Assembly (NCBI GenBank): GCA_964400865.1
Contig: CAYNWG010000002.1
Coordinates: forward strand, 1 to 63,473
Direction: 5' to 3'
DNA length: 63,473 bases
Origin: an uncultured Pseudomonadales bacterium
GTDB taxonomy: Bacteria > Patescibacteriota > Microgenomatia > UBA1400 > PJMF01
Within the stretch, counting starts at the first letter, position 1, and each line of letters begins with the position of its first letter. The notes under the pieces are model-generated. The model was not told the DNA's origin and did no database searches. It was given only the letters and a program-made list of their open reading frames with translations. The position numbers and the translations under genes are program-made. This document shows, one piece after another, positions 45,682 to 55,758 of this stretch.

Positions 45682-47349
45682 CTAATTTGCAATTGATTTA
45701 AGTTGTTTGCTGAAATCTTCTGGCAAATATTTTTGTGCCGACTGTAGTATATTTGCGCTCGCAGTGGCATCATCTAATTGCATCGATAATAGTAGGGCTT
45801 TGGGATATGAAAATGTAAAAGTTGGATCAATTTCTATGGCTTTTTGAAAATATTCCAGCGCCTCAACGGGTTTACTTTGAGTTTCTAACAAGTTGCCAAT
45901 ATTGTGATATATCTGTGGATAGCCAGGAGAAATGGCAAGTGCATTTTGATAATTTTCTAAAGCACCAGCAACATTTCCTCTATCTGCCTGAGCCATGGCA
46001 AGATTGTTATAGAGTCGGGCAGACTGTGAAAAACGAAGAGTATATTCATAAAAGCGAATATGATCGCTCCAGATATAGTTTTGTTTGATAGTAACAATCA
46101 TCAGTATCAGCAACACGAAGCTTGGTAGGTACTGTTGAGCGTCTGAAGCAACTTGAGCCACTGATTTTGGTATGTGTTTAATTGATAAGAAATAGTTGCC
46201 CAACCTTAGTAAAGCAGCGATGCTTATTAACAGACCGATGCTCGGTAAGTACAACCAGTGTTCGTAAAACAATCCATTCACCGGAATGATGCCTGATACT
46301 GGTACTAGTCCAATGAAAAACCAAAGCCATCCAAAGCTGAACCAGGCAGTTTTTAATTTTCTTATTTCGATCAAGCTCAACAAACCAATTGCTAGGATTG
46401 TAAGTACTACGATCACAGACCATGGATTAGCAACTGAATGTACCACTGGTAAAACGTGGTCCATGTGTAAAGCATAGGGAAAAGCAAATGTTCCGATATA
46501 TCTTGGTAACGCACGAGTGAAAGTAAGTAGTCGAACAGAAAGATTGGTTGGATATTCTGGGTCGATTACACTGTAGTCAAAATTGGGGTCAAAATTAAAT
46601 GCTGTTTGGCGAAGATACGAGTAACTCAATCCGAGTAGCAATAGGAGTATAAGTGAGATTGTAGCGGTAATATACTTTGTAAATACTACACTGATTTCTT
46701 GTTTAGTTTGAAACAGGTTAAGTAAAAATACTAAGCCATAAAATCCCAATCCCGCCAATGCCAGTTCTTTTGAAAGCACAGCCAATATCAATGAAAGTGT
46801 GCTAGTGATCAATAAAAGACTTGGTGAAATATATACATGCAAGTCATAAAGTGAGAAATTACATTGTTTTTTTTGTAAACTGAGCCAAAAACAAGTAATA
46901 CCAAATAATAATAAAACTGCAGAGAGTGAATCACCTCGTGAACTAATATAGCTAACTGCCTCTGTTTGCACGGGATGAAGTAAGAAGAAAGCTGTAACCC
47001 AAAATCGCCAACGATCTGATATGCCCAAGTTAGTTAATACCCAGAAAAGCAGTAACCCAGCCACAATGTGGAGCACTAGGTTGGTCAGGTGAAACCCAAC
47101 GGGATTAGTACTCCACCAACCCACATCGATGGCAAAACTAATACTTGTTAGTGGGCGGAAATAGTTGCTTGTGATGCCACCGCCCGCCGTCGTACTTTCT
47201 GCGAACATTTGAGGGACATTAAATGATTGAATAGTTTGATTTTCAGTCACAAACTGTTGGTCGTCCCAAATGAAAGGACTATTAACGAATGGGAGATAGC
47301 ACAGGGCAGTTAAACAAATCAGTAGTAAAAGTTGATGACGAAGACGCAT
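45682..47349 (-). CDS. TMTC/PMT-like GT-C membrane glycosyltransferase with C-terminal TPR repeats
   Basis: FVNSPFIWDDQQFV near the first loop, more than 10 TM segments, C-terminal TPRs (YNNLAMAQADRGNVAGALENYQNALAISP...). The start is set at the ATG at 47349 because the listed N-terminal extension overlaps the tRNA. Confidence 0.65.
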   Translation of the reverse strand: MRLRHQLLLLICLTALCYLPFVNSPFIWDDQQFVTENQTIQSFNVPQMFAESTTAGGGITSNYFRPLTSISFAIDVGWWSTNPVGFHLTNLVLHIVAGLLLFWVLTNLGISDRWRFWVTAFFLLHPVQTEAVSYISSRGDSLSAVLLLFGITCFWLSLQKKQCNFSLYDLHVYISPSLLLITSTLSLILAVLSKELALAGLGFYGLVFLLNLFQTKQEISVVFTKYITATISLILLLLLGLSYSYLRQTAFNFDPNFDYSVIDPEYPTNLSVRLLTFTRALPRYIGTFAFPYALHMDHVLPVVHSVANPWSVIVVLTILAIGLLSLIEIRKLKTAWFSFGWLWFFIGLVPVSGIIPVNGLFYEHWLYLPSIGLLISIAALLRLGNYFLSIKHIPKSVAQVASDAQQYLPSFVLLILMIVTIKQNYIWSDHIRFYEYTLRFSQSARLYNNLAMAQADRGNVAGALENYQNALAISPGYPQIYHNIGNLLETQSKPVEALEYFQKAIEIDPTFTFSYPKALLLSMQLDDATASANILQSAQKYLPEDFSKQLKSIAN

Positions 47350-47373
47350 AGCTGTATCAAGTATAACAGGGTG

Positions 47374-47447
47374 TGGTCGCACCAGGACTCGAACCTGGGA
47401 CCTCACGAATGTGAATCGTGCGCTCTAACCAACTGAGCTATGCGACC
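47374..47447 (-). tRNA. tRNA-Val (anticodon CAC), CCA not encoded
   Basis: Minus strand GGTCGCA-TA-GCTC-AGTTGGTTA-GAGC-G-CACGA-TTCACAT-TCGTG-AGGTC-CCAGG-TTCGAGT-CCTGG-TGCGACC-A folds as a canonical cloverleaf. Confidence 0.95.
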
Positions 47448-47469
47448 TTTTTAAGTGAAATTTATTATA

Positions 47470-48543
47470 TCATTCAACCAAATTAAAACTGCGTAGAATG
47501 CTCTCAACTTCGGCTGGACTTTGACTTTGAAATAATTCAATTCTGACCTGTTTGGCATCAGGGAAGCCACGCATATACCAACCCAGATGTTTACGCATCG
47601 GTGCAAAGTAATACTTTGGATGATGTTGATAGGTTGCTTCATACAGATGAGCATGTTCAAGCGCAATTGCCGTCAGTGAGGTAGTATTTGCTTCGTCAGA
47701 AGGCGGTAAAAAAACATAGGGATTGCCAAAACTCGCTCGACCGATCAACGTACCATCAACGTGGTAAGTTGTTAGGTGTTCTATTGCCGACTCGTATGAA
47801 TCAATATCACCATTGCCAAATACCAGCGTGTCAGTTTGATGGATTAAGTCAGCCGCCTGGGCAATTAATTCCCAGTTAGCTTCTCCGGAATATCCCTGTC
47901 TGAGTGTTCGGCCATGGATGGTGATTAGGTCTGGTGCTTCTTCCAACAGAGTAGGGATCCACTCGTTAATCACCGGCGCATCATAACCGATTCTCGTCTT
48001 GACACTAACTGGAATCAATCTAGCTCTGGTTTGATACTCAGCTGGCAATAACAGGTGACGATTTTGCACTTCAAGCAGTATTTCAAGATCGATTGATTTA
48101 TCAGTAAATACATCATAACCTTGTTGCCAGTCTGAGATTGCCTGTTTAACTGACCGAATGATTTTTTGAGCAAGCATTGGAGTTTTGATGAGGGCTGCCC
48201 CAGCACCACCAAGCTGCACGCTTTTGGCGGGACAACCCATATTAATATCAATACCATCAAAACCAAGGGCGCAGAGCAATAAAGCTGTGCGGTAAAAAAA
48301 TTCTGGTGTCGTACCATAAATTTGCGCTACGATAGGTCGTTGAGTCTCGTCATACTGAAAATCATCAAGAAGTTTGATTGCTCCATGTCCCAAACCTTCT
48401 ACGCTGGTAAACTCAGTAAACATAACGCTGGGATGACCATATTTTTTGGTAATGACTCTAAATGGATAATCAGTAATGCCATCCATCGGCGCCAAGCCAA
48501 TAATAGGTGTAGTGAGTTGATGCCAAAAAGAATGTAGTTTCAC
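47470..48543 (-). CDS. dus: tRNA-dihydrouridine synthase
   Basis: LAPMDGITDYPFR, DINMGCP, VSVKTRIG, HGRT motifs. Confidence 0.88.
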   Translation of the reverse strand: MKLHSFWHQLTTPIIGLAPMDGITDYPFRVITKKYGHPSVMFTEFTSVEGLGHGAIKLLDDFQYDETQRPIVAQIYGTTPEFFYRTALLLCALGFDGIDINMGCPAKSVQLGGAGAALIKTPMLAQKIIRSVKQAISDWQQGYDVFTDKSIDLEILLEVQNRHLLLPAEYQTRARLIPVSVKTRIGYDAPVINEWIPTLLEEAPDLITIHGRTLRQGYSGEANWELIAQAADLIHQTDTLVFGNGDIDSYESAIEHLTTYHVDGTLIGRASFGNPYVFLPPSDEANTTSLTAIALEHAHLYEATYQHHPKYYFAPMRKHLGWYMRGFPDAKQVRIELFQSQSPAEVESILRSFNLVE

Positions 48544-50354
48544 TCAGGTATTATAGCGAGTTCTTGTTGTAATTCAGCAACAGTCTCCTGATCTATACTA
48601 TTTGTGTACCATCCAAGTAAACTATCTAGGTACCGTTTGTAATACGCAGTTTCAGTAGGATTACTAATAGCAATATTTGTACTATCATCTAACCACCACC
48701 AGACCAGCGGATTCTTGAACTTTTGGTCATACCATGCTTTTTCTAGCAATAGACGAAATTGTGTAAATGAACTAATTCGATAGATCGAACTGGGAAGACT
48801 AGAATGATAATCGAGTAGGTAGGTTTGGACAAGGCCTTGATTTCGTTTCGTGATCAAGTGAGTTGTCACCTCGCCATCTTGATCATATGAATAGGTAGCG
48901 AACTCCAATTTATCGTTAGTAACTGATTGAACAGTCAATTGATACTGACCAGTAATGGGTTTAGCGATTGAGAGCGTTTTAAACCCACCTGTTGATTCGG
49001 TAGCGCCATCAGTACTGAAGGCGGAAATATGTTCGTCAATTTCAATTGCTACTTCTTCAGCTGGACCAACAATAGATACTTGGACAGCTGGATCGTAGAC
49101 CAGAAACAAATAGCTTAGGTCGGTATGACTTGGTAAAAACGTGCGAAAACTCAGCGGATTTACCTGATGTTGACTCAATAATGAATAGCTGTAAGCAGGA
49201 TCCTTGATAGTAAGATCATTTTGATTGGCTGAGACGCCATCAGCCACCATAAAATGACCGGGAATTTGAACCATCACTGGACGATGATTAGCTATTTCTG
49301 AAATTGCTGGGGTGAGTTGATTGACAGTATTCCAGTTGAATCGCCCATATTCTAAAGCTGGTGTACCATAAACACGGCTCAACTGCTTGGTTAGTCTAGT
49401 AGTGGCAAGAAAATTGACCAAACCTTCGCCTACATATCCGTCTGGCTGTAATTTTAACCAGTCATTCAGATTTGCGGGAGTTAGGGCTGTGCCATCTGAC
49501 ATTCTGGTTATACCGTGATACTGCATGATCATCACTAAGGAAGTTAGGGCACAGCCCCAATTATGTATTGTTAGTTTATTTGACCATTCGTGAGCATGGT
49601 CGTACTCTAGCTCACCCCAGTCTGGGTCATTTTGCTTTAAATGTGGTACTGTGGGGATTAGGTCACTTTCATCCAGAAGATACGCCACCAGATTATCAAA
49701 GCGAGTTACGCTCCGTCTGAGCGATCCAACCCCTGCTTCTAGACCGACTGTCAATGTTTCAGCAGCTAAATATGGAGTGGTATCTGTGACGAATAAAACA
49801 GTATGACCATCTATGGTAAGGCGAATTTGGTGATTCGCAAAAGAAATTTCTGCGTGATACTGCTGATTTACTTCAAAAGGATAGGTTGAAATTGAGTTAG
49901 CGAGTTCATGTTCCTGACCATCTATTACTTTTTGAACTCTGACTTCATTATTCGTTATTTTAATATCGTACCAATTATTTTCATCTACCCAGATAAAAAG
50001 TAAATTTCTATCCATGTTTATTGACTCCAAAAACGTTACATCAATTGCAAACAAATAGTTTTCTAAAGTTGCGATTGAAAAATTATTGGGAACAATTTCC
50101 ATTACGCAGGGTTTGCTATCAATCACTATTTGGGCTGTGCCGTCAATAATTTCCCAGTGGGCTGGTTGAGAAAGATTGGTGCAAACCCTGAGAGGGTATT
50201 GCCATTGCCGATTGCGAACCTCATGCCACTGATCAAAAACATGAGGATTATCAAACGTCTCAGTAAATACCATTGTTTTCGCAGTTACTCCTTGGGGATG
50301 AACCGCTATAATAAGACTGAGTACGAGTAGCACAAATCCAATTTGCATTTTCAT
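48540..50354 (-). CDS. Secreted protein with N-terminal lectin/LamG-like region and C39-like papain-fold peptidase domain
   Basis: Signal peptide. NWGCALTSLVMIMQYHGI (Cys nucleophile context of Peptidase_C39_2/YvpB-like proteins) and GHFMVADGV. Confidence 0.6.
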   Translation of the reverse strand: MKMQIGFVLLVLSLIIAVHPQGVTAKTMVFTETFDNPHVFDQWHEVRNRQWQYPLRVCTNLSQPAHWEIIDGTAQIVIDSKPCVMEIVPNNFSIATLENYLFAIDVTFLESINMDRNLLFIWVDENNWYDIKITNNEVRVQKVIDGQEHELANSISTYPFEVNQQYHAEISFANHQIRLTIDGHTVLFVTDTTPYLAAETLTVGLEAGVGSLRRSVTRFDNLVAYLLDESDLIPTVPHLKQNDPDWGELEYDHAHEWSNKLTIHNWGCALTSLVMIMQYHGITRMSDGTALTPANLNDWLKLQPDGYVGEGLVNFLATTRLTKQLSRVYGTPALEYGRFNWNTVNQLTPAISEIANHRPVMVQIPGHFMVADGVSANQNDLTIKDPAYSYSLLSQHQVNPLSFRTFLPSHTDLSYLFLVYDPAVQVSIVGPAEEVAIEIDEHISAFSTDGATESTGGFKTLSIAKPITGQYQLTVQSVTNDKLEFATYSYDQDGEVTTHLITKRNQGLVQTYLLDYHSSLPSSIYRISSFTQFRLLLEKAWYDQKFKNPLVWWWLDDSTNIAISNPTETAYYKRYLDSLLGWYTNSIDQETVAELQQELAIIPE

Positions 50355-51096
50355 GTTAAAAAAAATAGTTAACTTCTACGATCGCTATCATTTAAAAAAC
50401 CAAGCGTATTCAGGTGTGATTGCAAGAAATAATTTCACCTATTGGTATATTCTGCGAACCTTACACCAACCGCTACTTAAGCAACTCAAAAAATTTACAG
50501 TTTTGGATGTAGGTTGCGGGGTGGGAACTCTAGCACTCTACTTGGCTCAAATTTGTGAATCGGTAGTGGGAATTGATGTCTCAGAAAGAGCGATTGGCAT
50601 TGCTAAGCAAGCCAAGCAATCCACGCAGAGCCACAATTTGATTTTCAAGCAGTCGCTACTTAAGCAATTTTCAACAAAATTCGATTTAATCATTTGCACA
50701 GAAGTGATAGAGCATGTACCGAATCCTCCGTATTTCGTTGAGTTACTCGTTAACAATCTTGAATACAAGGGATGGTTATTACTTTCTACGCCAAATCGGG
50801 ATAATTGGTTAACCCGGATTGGTTATTATCGTAATTTTGATCAGGAGGTTGGCCATTTACGACGTTACTCAGTCTCAGAAATTTGCCAACTGCTCGAACA
50901 GAATGGTCTTAAGGTGAAACATAAAGAGACGGTTGAGGGTCCGCTCAGATCATTATTGTTCACTTCCAAGCTAGGAATACTGATAAAAGTGATTAAAGGA
51001 CCATTAATTCCACTATTTCATCGTTTAGACGAGATATTTGGAAACATATTTGGTAACAGCGATATAGTGATTCTTGCTCAGAAACAAACAAAATGA
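50353..51096 (+). CDS. Class I SAM-dependent methyltransferase
   Basis: VLDVGCGVGTL motif I, DLIICTEVIEHV. Confidence 0.8.
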   Translation: MLKKIVNFYDRYHLKNQAYSGVIARNNFTYWYILRTLHQPLLKQLKKFTVLDVGCGVGTLALYLAQICESVVGIDVSERAIGIAKQAKQSTQSHNLIFKQSLLKQFSTKFDLIICTEVIEHVPNPPYFVELLVNNLEYKGWLLLSTPNRDNWLTRIGYYRNFDQEVGHLRRYSVSEICQLLEQNGLKVKHKETVEGPLRSLLFTSKLGILIKVIKGPLIPLFHRLDEIFGNIFGNSDIVILAQKQTK

Positions 51097-52139
51097 ATAT
51101 CTTATTTCTTACACCGAAATATACGCCGGCGTTGGGAGGTGTGGAAACTCACGTTCAAAAAGTTAGTCGCGAGTTGTTGAAAAAGGGACATCACATAACT
51201 ATTATCACGTCTCAAACAGATGCTGTACTGCCTTTGAGTGAGGAAATTGATGGCGTGTCTGTATATAGAATTCCGTTAGAGATTTCACAGCAAAAAATTG
51301 CTACGTGGCGATGGATAAAAGTCAATCAAGCATTGTTTCAAACTGCAGATAGGGTGCATGTACATGATGTTGGATGGTGGCTTCTACCCGTTGTACCAAT
51401 AGTACAACACAAATTAAGTACCACTTTTCATGGATGGGAGGGGCGCTGGCCGATACGGTGGCAAGCTAAGTTACACCGTTGGGTGTTGGCAAAACTGAGC
51501 AAGAAAACCATTCACATCGGTAGTTGGATTCAAGAATTCTACTGGGATAAACCCTCAATGACGCTTTTCGGCGGTGTTGATCGGCGAAGAATATTAGTTG
51601 TAGAAACCCAAAAAAAGCCCAAAGATAAAAAAATACTCAAAATAGTATTTATAGGAAGACTAGTCAAGGAAAATGACATTGCATCATATTGTCATTTTTT
51701 GGACGTTTTAAATGAAAAACAAATTGGCTTTAGAGTGCACTGGGTGGGAGATGGCCCGTGGAGAACGACTTGTGAGAAGTATGGGAAAGTTCTGGGCATG
51801 GTAACTCAACCAAAGGAGTTTCTGATTAAAGCAGACGTAGTTTTTGCCAGTTCCTATTTAAGCATATTACTTGCAAGATCTATGGGAAAGCCGGTTTGGG
51901 CAATGTACTCACAACCCCTGAAACAACGGTATTTGACATCACTTCCAAACAAAGAAGCAATGGTAATCGCCGGCACGGCGGATGAATTATTACAAGCAAC
52001 CTATGATGAACAAGCAATGAGTTGGAAACCAGTTGTAATATCACCTCGCTATTTAACAGATTGGCCACCGACGTGGAAGGAGGTGGCCACTGCGTATGAA
52101 ACTCTCTGGCAAAGTATGAGTAACGATGAGAAAAAATAA
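51093..52139 (+). CDS. Glycosyltransferase, GT4-like (GT-B fold)
   Basis: MNILFLTPKYTPALGGVETHV N-terminus is typical of GT4. The C-terminal half is divergent. Confidence 0.6.
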   Translation: MNILFLTPKYTPALGGVETHVQKVSRELLKKGHHITIITSQTDAVLPLSEEIDGVSVYRIPLEISQQKIATWRWIKVNQALFQTADRVHVHDVGWWLLPVVPIVQHKLSTTFHGWEGRWPIRWQAKLHRWVLAKLSKKTIHIGSWIQEFYWDKPSMTLFGGVDRRRILVVETQKKPKDKKILKIVFIGRLVKENDIASYCHFLDVLNEKQIGFRVHWVGDGPWRTTCEKYGKVLGMVTQPKEFLIKADVVFASSYLSILLARSMGKPVWAMYSQPLKQRYLTSLPNKEAMVIAGTADELLQATYDEQAMSWKPVVISPRYLTDWPPTWKEVATAYETLWQSMSNDEKK

Positions 52140-53808
52140 CAATCAATCACTGAAAATAAATTTAGGTTGTGGATCTGACTATCGCCAAGGCTGGGTAAAT
52201 ATAGATGCTTTGGAAGAATATAAGCCGGATATTATTCATGATTTACACTCAGCTCTGCCATTGGCAGATAAATCGGCTGAATATGTATTAGCTCAAGACA
52301 TTCTTGAGCATTTTACCAAAGAAGATTTATCGCGCTTACTCTCAGATCTGAGTCGGGTAACGAGGAATGAAGGGCTCATTGAAATCAGAGTACCGAGTGT
52401 AGCGGCAATTACAGATAGACTGCGAAAATATCCAGAGGCAAGAAACCAATTTCTATATGGCACGACGGCACATACGGGAATTTTTGGAGCTCACAAAGTT
52501 GGATTTTCACCAGAGTATTTAGTTTACTTATTTCTGAGCAACGGCTTTACTTTAAAAAGCTGGAAATTAGAAGACACCAATTATCATGCTGTGTTTAAAA
52601 AAACGAATCAACGAGAGATATTGAAAACGTTAACAATAGTAGCCCATACTTTTGGTTTGGGTGGAGCAGAGCAGTTTATTACTCAGCTAACAGAAGATTT
52701 TGCAAAGCGAGGGATACAAGTTGAAGTGTGGACCAATCACAAACCTTGGATTACGCTGTTGCAAACAAAAAAATTACTAGCAAAAAAAGTGCCAATTGCA
52801 ATTGATATTATCGGTGATTGGAAGGGTTTACTCAAAGCTTCTTTGTTACTTCCTCTAGTTTTGATTACTGATGGTTGGATGGTGTGGCAAACCAGAAAAT
52901 CAAATGCTATCCTATTGTCTGGATTTTCGCAAAAGTTAACTGTTTCTTTATGGGCGGCGTTGTGGCGCCGCCCCCTCATTTGGATCGAATTTGGACCACT
53001 CGAATCGGTACTGAAAAAATTTGGCCAACTACCCAAGTTGGCGTATTACCTAGCAAAAAAACTTCCACAAATACTAATTGTCCCTTCGTTCCACACATTT
53101 CAGCATCTGATTAGTGGAGCTAAGATTGATTTAGCCAAGTTGCGCACTATTCCCTGCGGAGTATCAGTTCCTAATGACCGATTCAGTCGCCCATCAACTA
53201 TTCCAAACAGAGTGGTATGTGTATCACGTTTAGAGCCAGGTAAGGGTCAGGATCGTTTAATCGTTGCATTCAAAGCTGTGGCGAAAGCAATTCCCACCGC
53301 CCATCTGAGAATCATTGGTGAGGGTGGCTTCGACCAAACCTTGCGCCAACTGATTGAAAAAAATCAATTAACCAAGCATGTAGAACTAGTTGGTAGAGTA
53401 CCAAATTCACTCGAAGAAATGAAACAAGCTGAGATTTGTGTCATTCCATCTACTTGGCAGCTTGAGGGATTTGGTTTAACAGTAGTCGAAGCAATGATGT
53501 TGGCAAAACCCGTAATTATTTTTGATATACCACCACTGAATGAACTAGTTGAAAACGAAGTGACGGGTCTGATAATCAATGACGATGCATCCCAAAATGA
53601 ATTACAGCTTTCAAAATCAATTATTCGATTGCTGAAAGATGCTCAATTACGAGAGAAACTGGGAAGATTAGCAAGAAAACAGGTGAATCTGAAGTATTCA
53701 TTTGAACAAATTGGTTCATCGTATATTGAAGCAATCGAGGAAGCAATGCAACGAATGCAAGCCAGAGAACAACTTAAAAGAGTAGGTTGGAGTGCATACA
53801 ATGAATAA
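52126..53808 (+). CDS. Fusion protein: N-terminal SAM methyltransferase-like domain + C-terminal GT4 glycosyltransferase
   Basis: INLGCGSDYRQGWVNIDA and DILEHF in the first ~165 aa, then TFGLGGAEQF ... EGFGLTVVEAMMLAKPVI (GT4 E-x7-E region). Confidence 0.75.
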   Translation: MRKNNNQSLKINLGCGSDYRQGWVNIDALEEYKPDIIHDLHSALPLADKSAEYVLAQDILEHFTKEDLSRLLSDLSRVTRNEGLIEIRVPSVAAITDRLRKYPEARNQFLYGTTAHTGIFGAHKVGFSPEYLVYLFLSNGFTLKSWKLEDTNYHAVFKKTNQREILKTLTIVAHTFGLGGAEQFITQLTEDFAKRGIQVEVWTNHKPWITLLQTKKLLAKKVPIAIDIIGDWKGLLKASLLLPLVLITDGWMVWQTRKSNAILLSGFSQKLTVSLWAALWRRPLIWIEFGPLESVLKKFGQLPKLAYYLAKKLPQILIVPSFHTFQHLISGAKIDLAKLRTIPCGVSVPNDRFSRPSTIPNRVVCVSRLEPGKGQDRLIVAFKAVAKAIPTAHLRIIGEGGFDQTLRQLIEKNQLTKHVELVGRVPNSLEEMKQAEICVIPSTWQLEGFGLTVVEAMMLAKPVIIFDIPPLNELVENEVTGLIINDDASQNELQLSKSIIRLLKDAQLREKLGRLARKQVNLKYSFEQIGSSYIEAIEEAMQRMQAREQLKRVGWSAYNE

Positions 53809-54760
53809 ACCCGAAAAATCTTCTAGTGTTTCAATCATCGTAACCATTCTAAATGAAGTTCAGACGATTGATGAATTACTTGAATCACTTATTACACAAA
53901 CCATCAAACCAAAAGCAATTGTAATCACTGATGGGGGATCAACTGATGGCACTTGGGAAAAATTACTCGGATGGCAGCAAAAAAAATCATCAATACAATT
54001 AGTAGTCCAACAGGTAAACGGCAATCGCAGTATTGGCAGAAATCATGCGATTCAGTTAACCGATACTGAGTTAATCGCTTGTACCGACGCTGGTTGTGTC
54101 CCTGAGAGTACTTGGTTGGCAGAGCTAGTTGAAGAAGAAAAGAAGAGTCACGCGTTGGTCGTGGCTGGTTACTATAAAGGCATGCCAAAAAGTGATTTTC
54201 AATCTGCCCAAGTTCCCTATGTTTTGGTCATGTCTGATCGACTTAATTCAGCGGAATTTTTACCAGCCACACGGTCTGTGTTGTTTCATAGACAGTGGTT
54301 TATGGAAAACGGGGGCTTCGATGAATCCCTATCTGATAATGAGGATTACGCTCTGGCCAGAAAGATTCAAGCTATTCAACTTCGGACGGGGAAAAATATT
54401 TTGAGTTTTACAAAAAATGCTGTGGTGGGATGGCGCCCGCGCAGAACACTACGCGAATTTATCTGGATGATCTTTCGCTTTGCTCGCGGTGATGCGCGGG
54501 CGCACCTTTGGCGACCAAAGGTCGCACTGATATTTCTGAGATATTTTATATATCTCAGCTTTGTAATGATGACTTTGGTTTTGCAGTCATCATTGTTTTT
54601 AGTTATAAGTGTTTTGGCAGCCAGCGCGTACGTACTTTGGTCGATAGCTAAAAATTTCCGATATGCTCAGTCAGCCTGGTATTGGCTGCCAATCCTTCAA
54701 ATTACCAGTGACTTTGCAGTTATGTCTGGTACAATCGCAGGACTTGCCTACAAGCGATAA
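53792..54760 (+). CDS. GT2-family glycosyltransferase with C-terminal TM segments
   Basis: VSIIVTILNE, TDGGSTDGT, DAG, DNEDY. Confidence 0.8.
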   Translation: MHTMNKPEKSSSVSIIVTILNEVQTIDELLESLITQTIKPKAIVITDGGSTDGTWEKLLGWQQKKSSIQLVVQQVNGNRSIGRNHAIQLTDTELIACTDAGCVPESTWLAELVEEEKKSHALVVAGYYKGMPKSDFQSAQVPYVLVMSDRLNSAEFLPATRSVLFHRQWFMENGGFDESLSDNEDYALARKIQAIQLRTGKNILSFTKNAVVGWRPRRTLREFIWMIFRFARGDARAHLWRPKVALIFLRYFIYLSFVMMTLVLQSSLFLVISVLAASAYVLWSIAKNFRYAQSAWYWLPILQITSDFAVMSGTIAGLAYKR

Positions 54761-54774
54761 AAAGCTATATCACT

Positions 54775-55758
54775 ATGTCAATATTTAGAAAAGAAAAGGG
54801 TGAGGCCCAAAAACCAAGACCAGAATTACCCTTTGAAATTGACTTAGCTTATTCTGGAATTCTACGAAATGTTATTACATCTCTCATTGAAGAAATACAG
54901 AGTGGAGTAAAAAAAACTTCAAAAAAAGGTGGTATTTGGATATTAAAGGAAATAGAACGACATCCCAGGATTATCAGTGAAATAGCGTCACTTCTGATTG
55001 AAGGAATACCTACAGATATTAAAGAAGAATATATAGCTACGATTGCGCAAGCAATTATTGATAATAAAAAGGTTGTTTTGCTTGGTCCGCATTGGAGTGT
55101 GGTGGACTCCGCTGCTTTTATAAAAGTGGTTCAGCTATTAAACAAATATTTTAAAGAACAGGGCATAGATAGAAAAGTTGTTCTGATGGGTCCTGCTTCA
55201 TCAAAGTTCTTTGATTACCGCATGTTTGCTTCAGCTGTAATTAAAGCGCTCAAGCGCAATGGTATTGAATTACTACAGGTTGCGCAGTTGCAGGACAAAG
55301 AACTAAGAGAATCAATTGGTGCCGATGCAATAAATAAATTGAATCGATCTACTTGGAAAAAAATATTAATCGGCATGCGTCGTGAGGGAAAAATACTTGG
55401 GATCTTTCAAGAGGGTTCTCGGGCAAAAGGACAAGGAACAGAGGAGGCCCCTATTGAAGTTTTGGATGCAATTGAAACGATCATGGATCCTGATTCATTG
55501 TTAGTACCCGTAATGACGGTTGGTAGCGATTTATTTTTAGGACCGGACGACCAATTCCCAGATGTAACACATTGGCCAAGAATTGTAATGGCAAAACCGT
55601 TGACCTTGGCAGAAGCTCGATTATGGTCGAAAGACATTAATACCCATCCAATTGATGTGGCTAGAGTAGTAGTACTAGCAAATCAAGAGGAGAAATATTG
55701 GGGTGTCTTGGCGGAATCAATTGAGCAATACCGAAGTATTAACAATGAAAACACTTGA
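54775..55758 (+). CDS. PlsC/LPLAT-like acyltransferase
   Basis: GPHWSVVD (Hx4D) and FQEGSRAKG (FPEGTR-like) at appropriate spacing. Confidence 0.55.
   Translation: MSIFRKEKGEAQKPRPELPFEIDLAYSGILRNVITSLIEEIQSGVKKTSKKGGIWILKEIERHPRIISEIASLLIEGIPTDIKEEYIATIAQAIIDNKKVVLLGPHWSVVDSAAFIKVVQLLNKYFKEQGIDRKVVLMGPASSKFFDYRMFASAVIKALKRNGIELLQVAQLQDKELRESIGADAINKLNRSTWKKILIGMRREGKILGIFQEGSRAKGQGTEEAPIEVLDAIETIMDPDSLLVPVMTVGSDLFLGPDDQFPDVTHWPRIVMAKPLTLAEARLWSKDINTHPIDVARVVVLANQEEKYWGVLAESIEQYRSINNENT

Noticed and set aside
47350-47406. N-terminal 19 codons of the listed 45682..47406 ORF (MRSQVRVLVRPHPVILDTA)
   Set aside because: This extension is the reverse complement of the tRNA-Val gene (47374..47447). 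The internal ATG at 47349 (MRLRHQLL...) begins the hydrophobic membrane protein.
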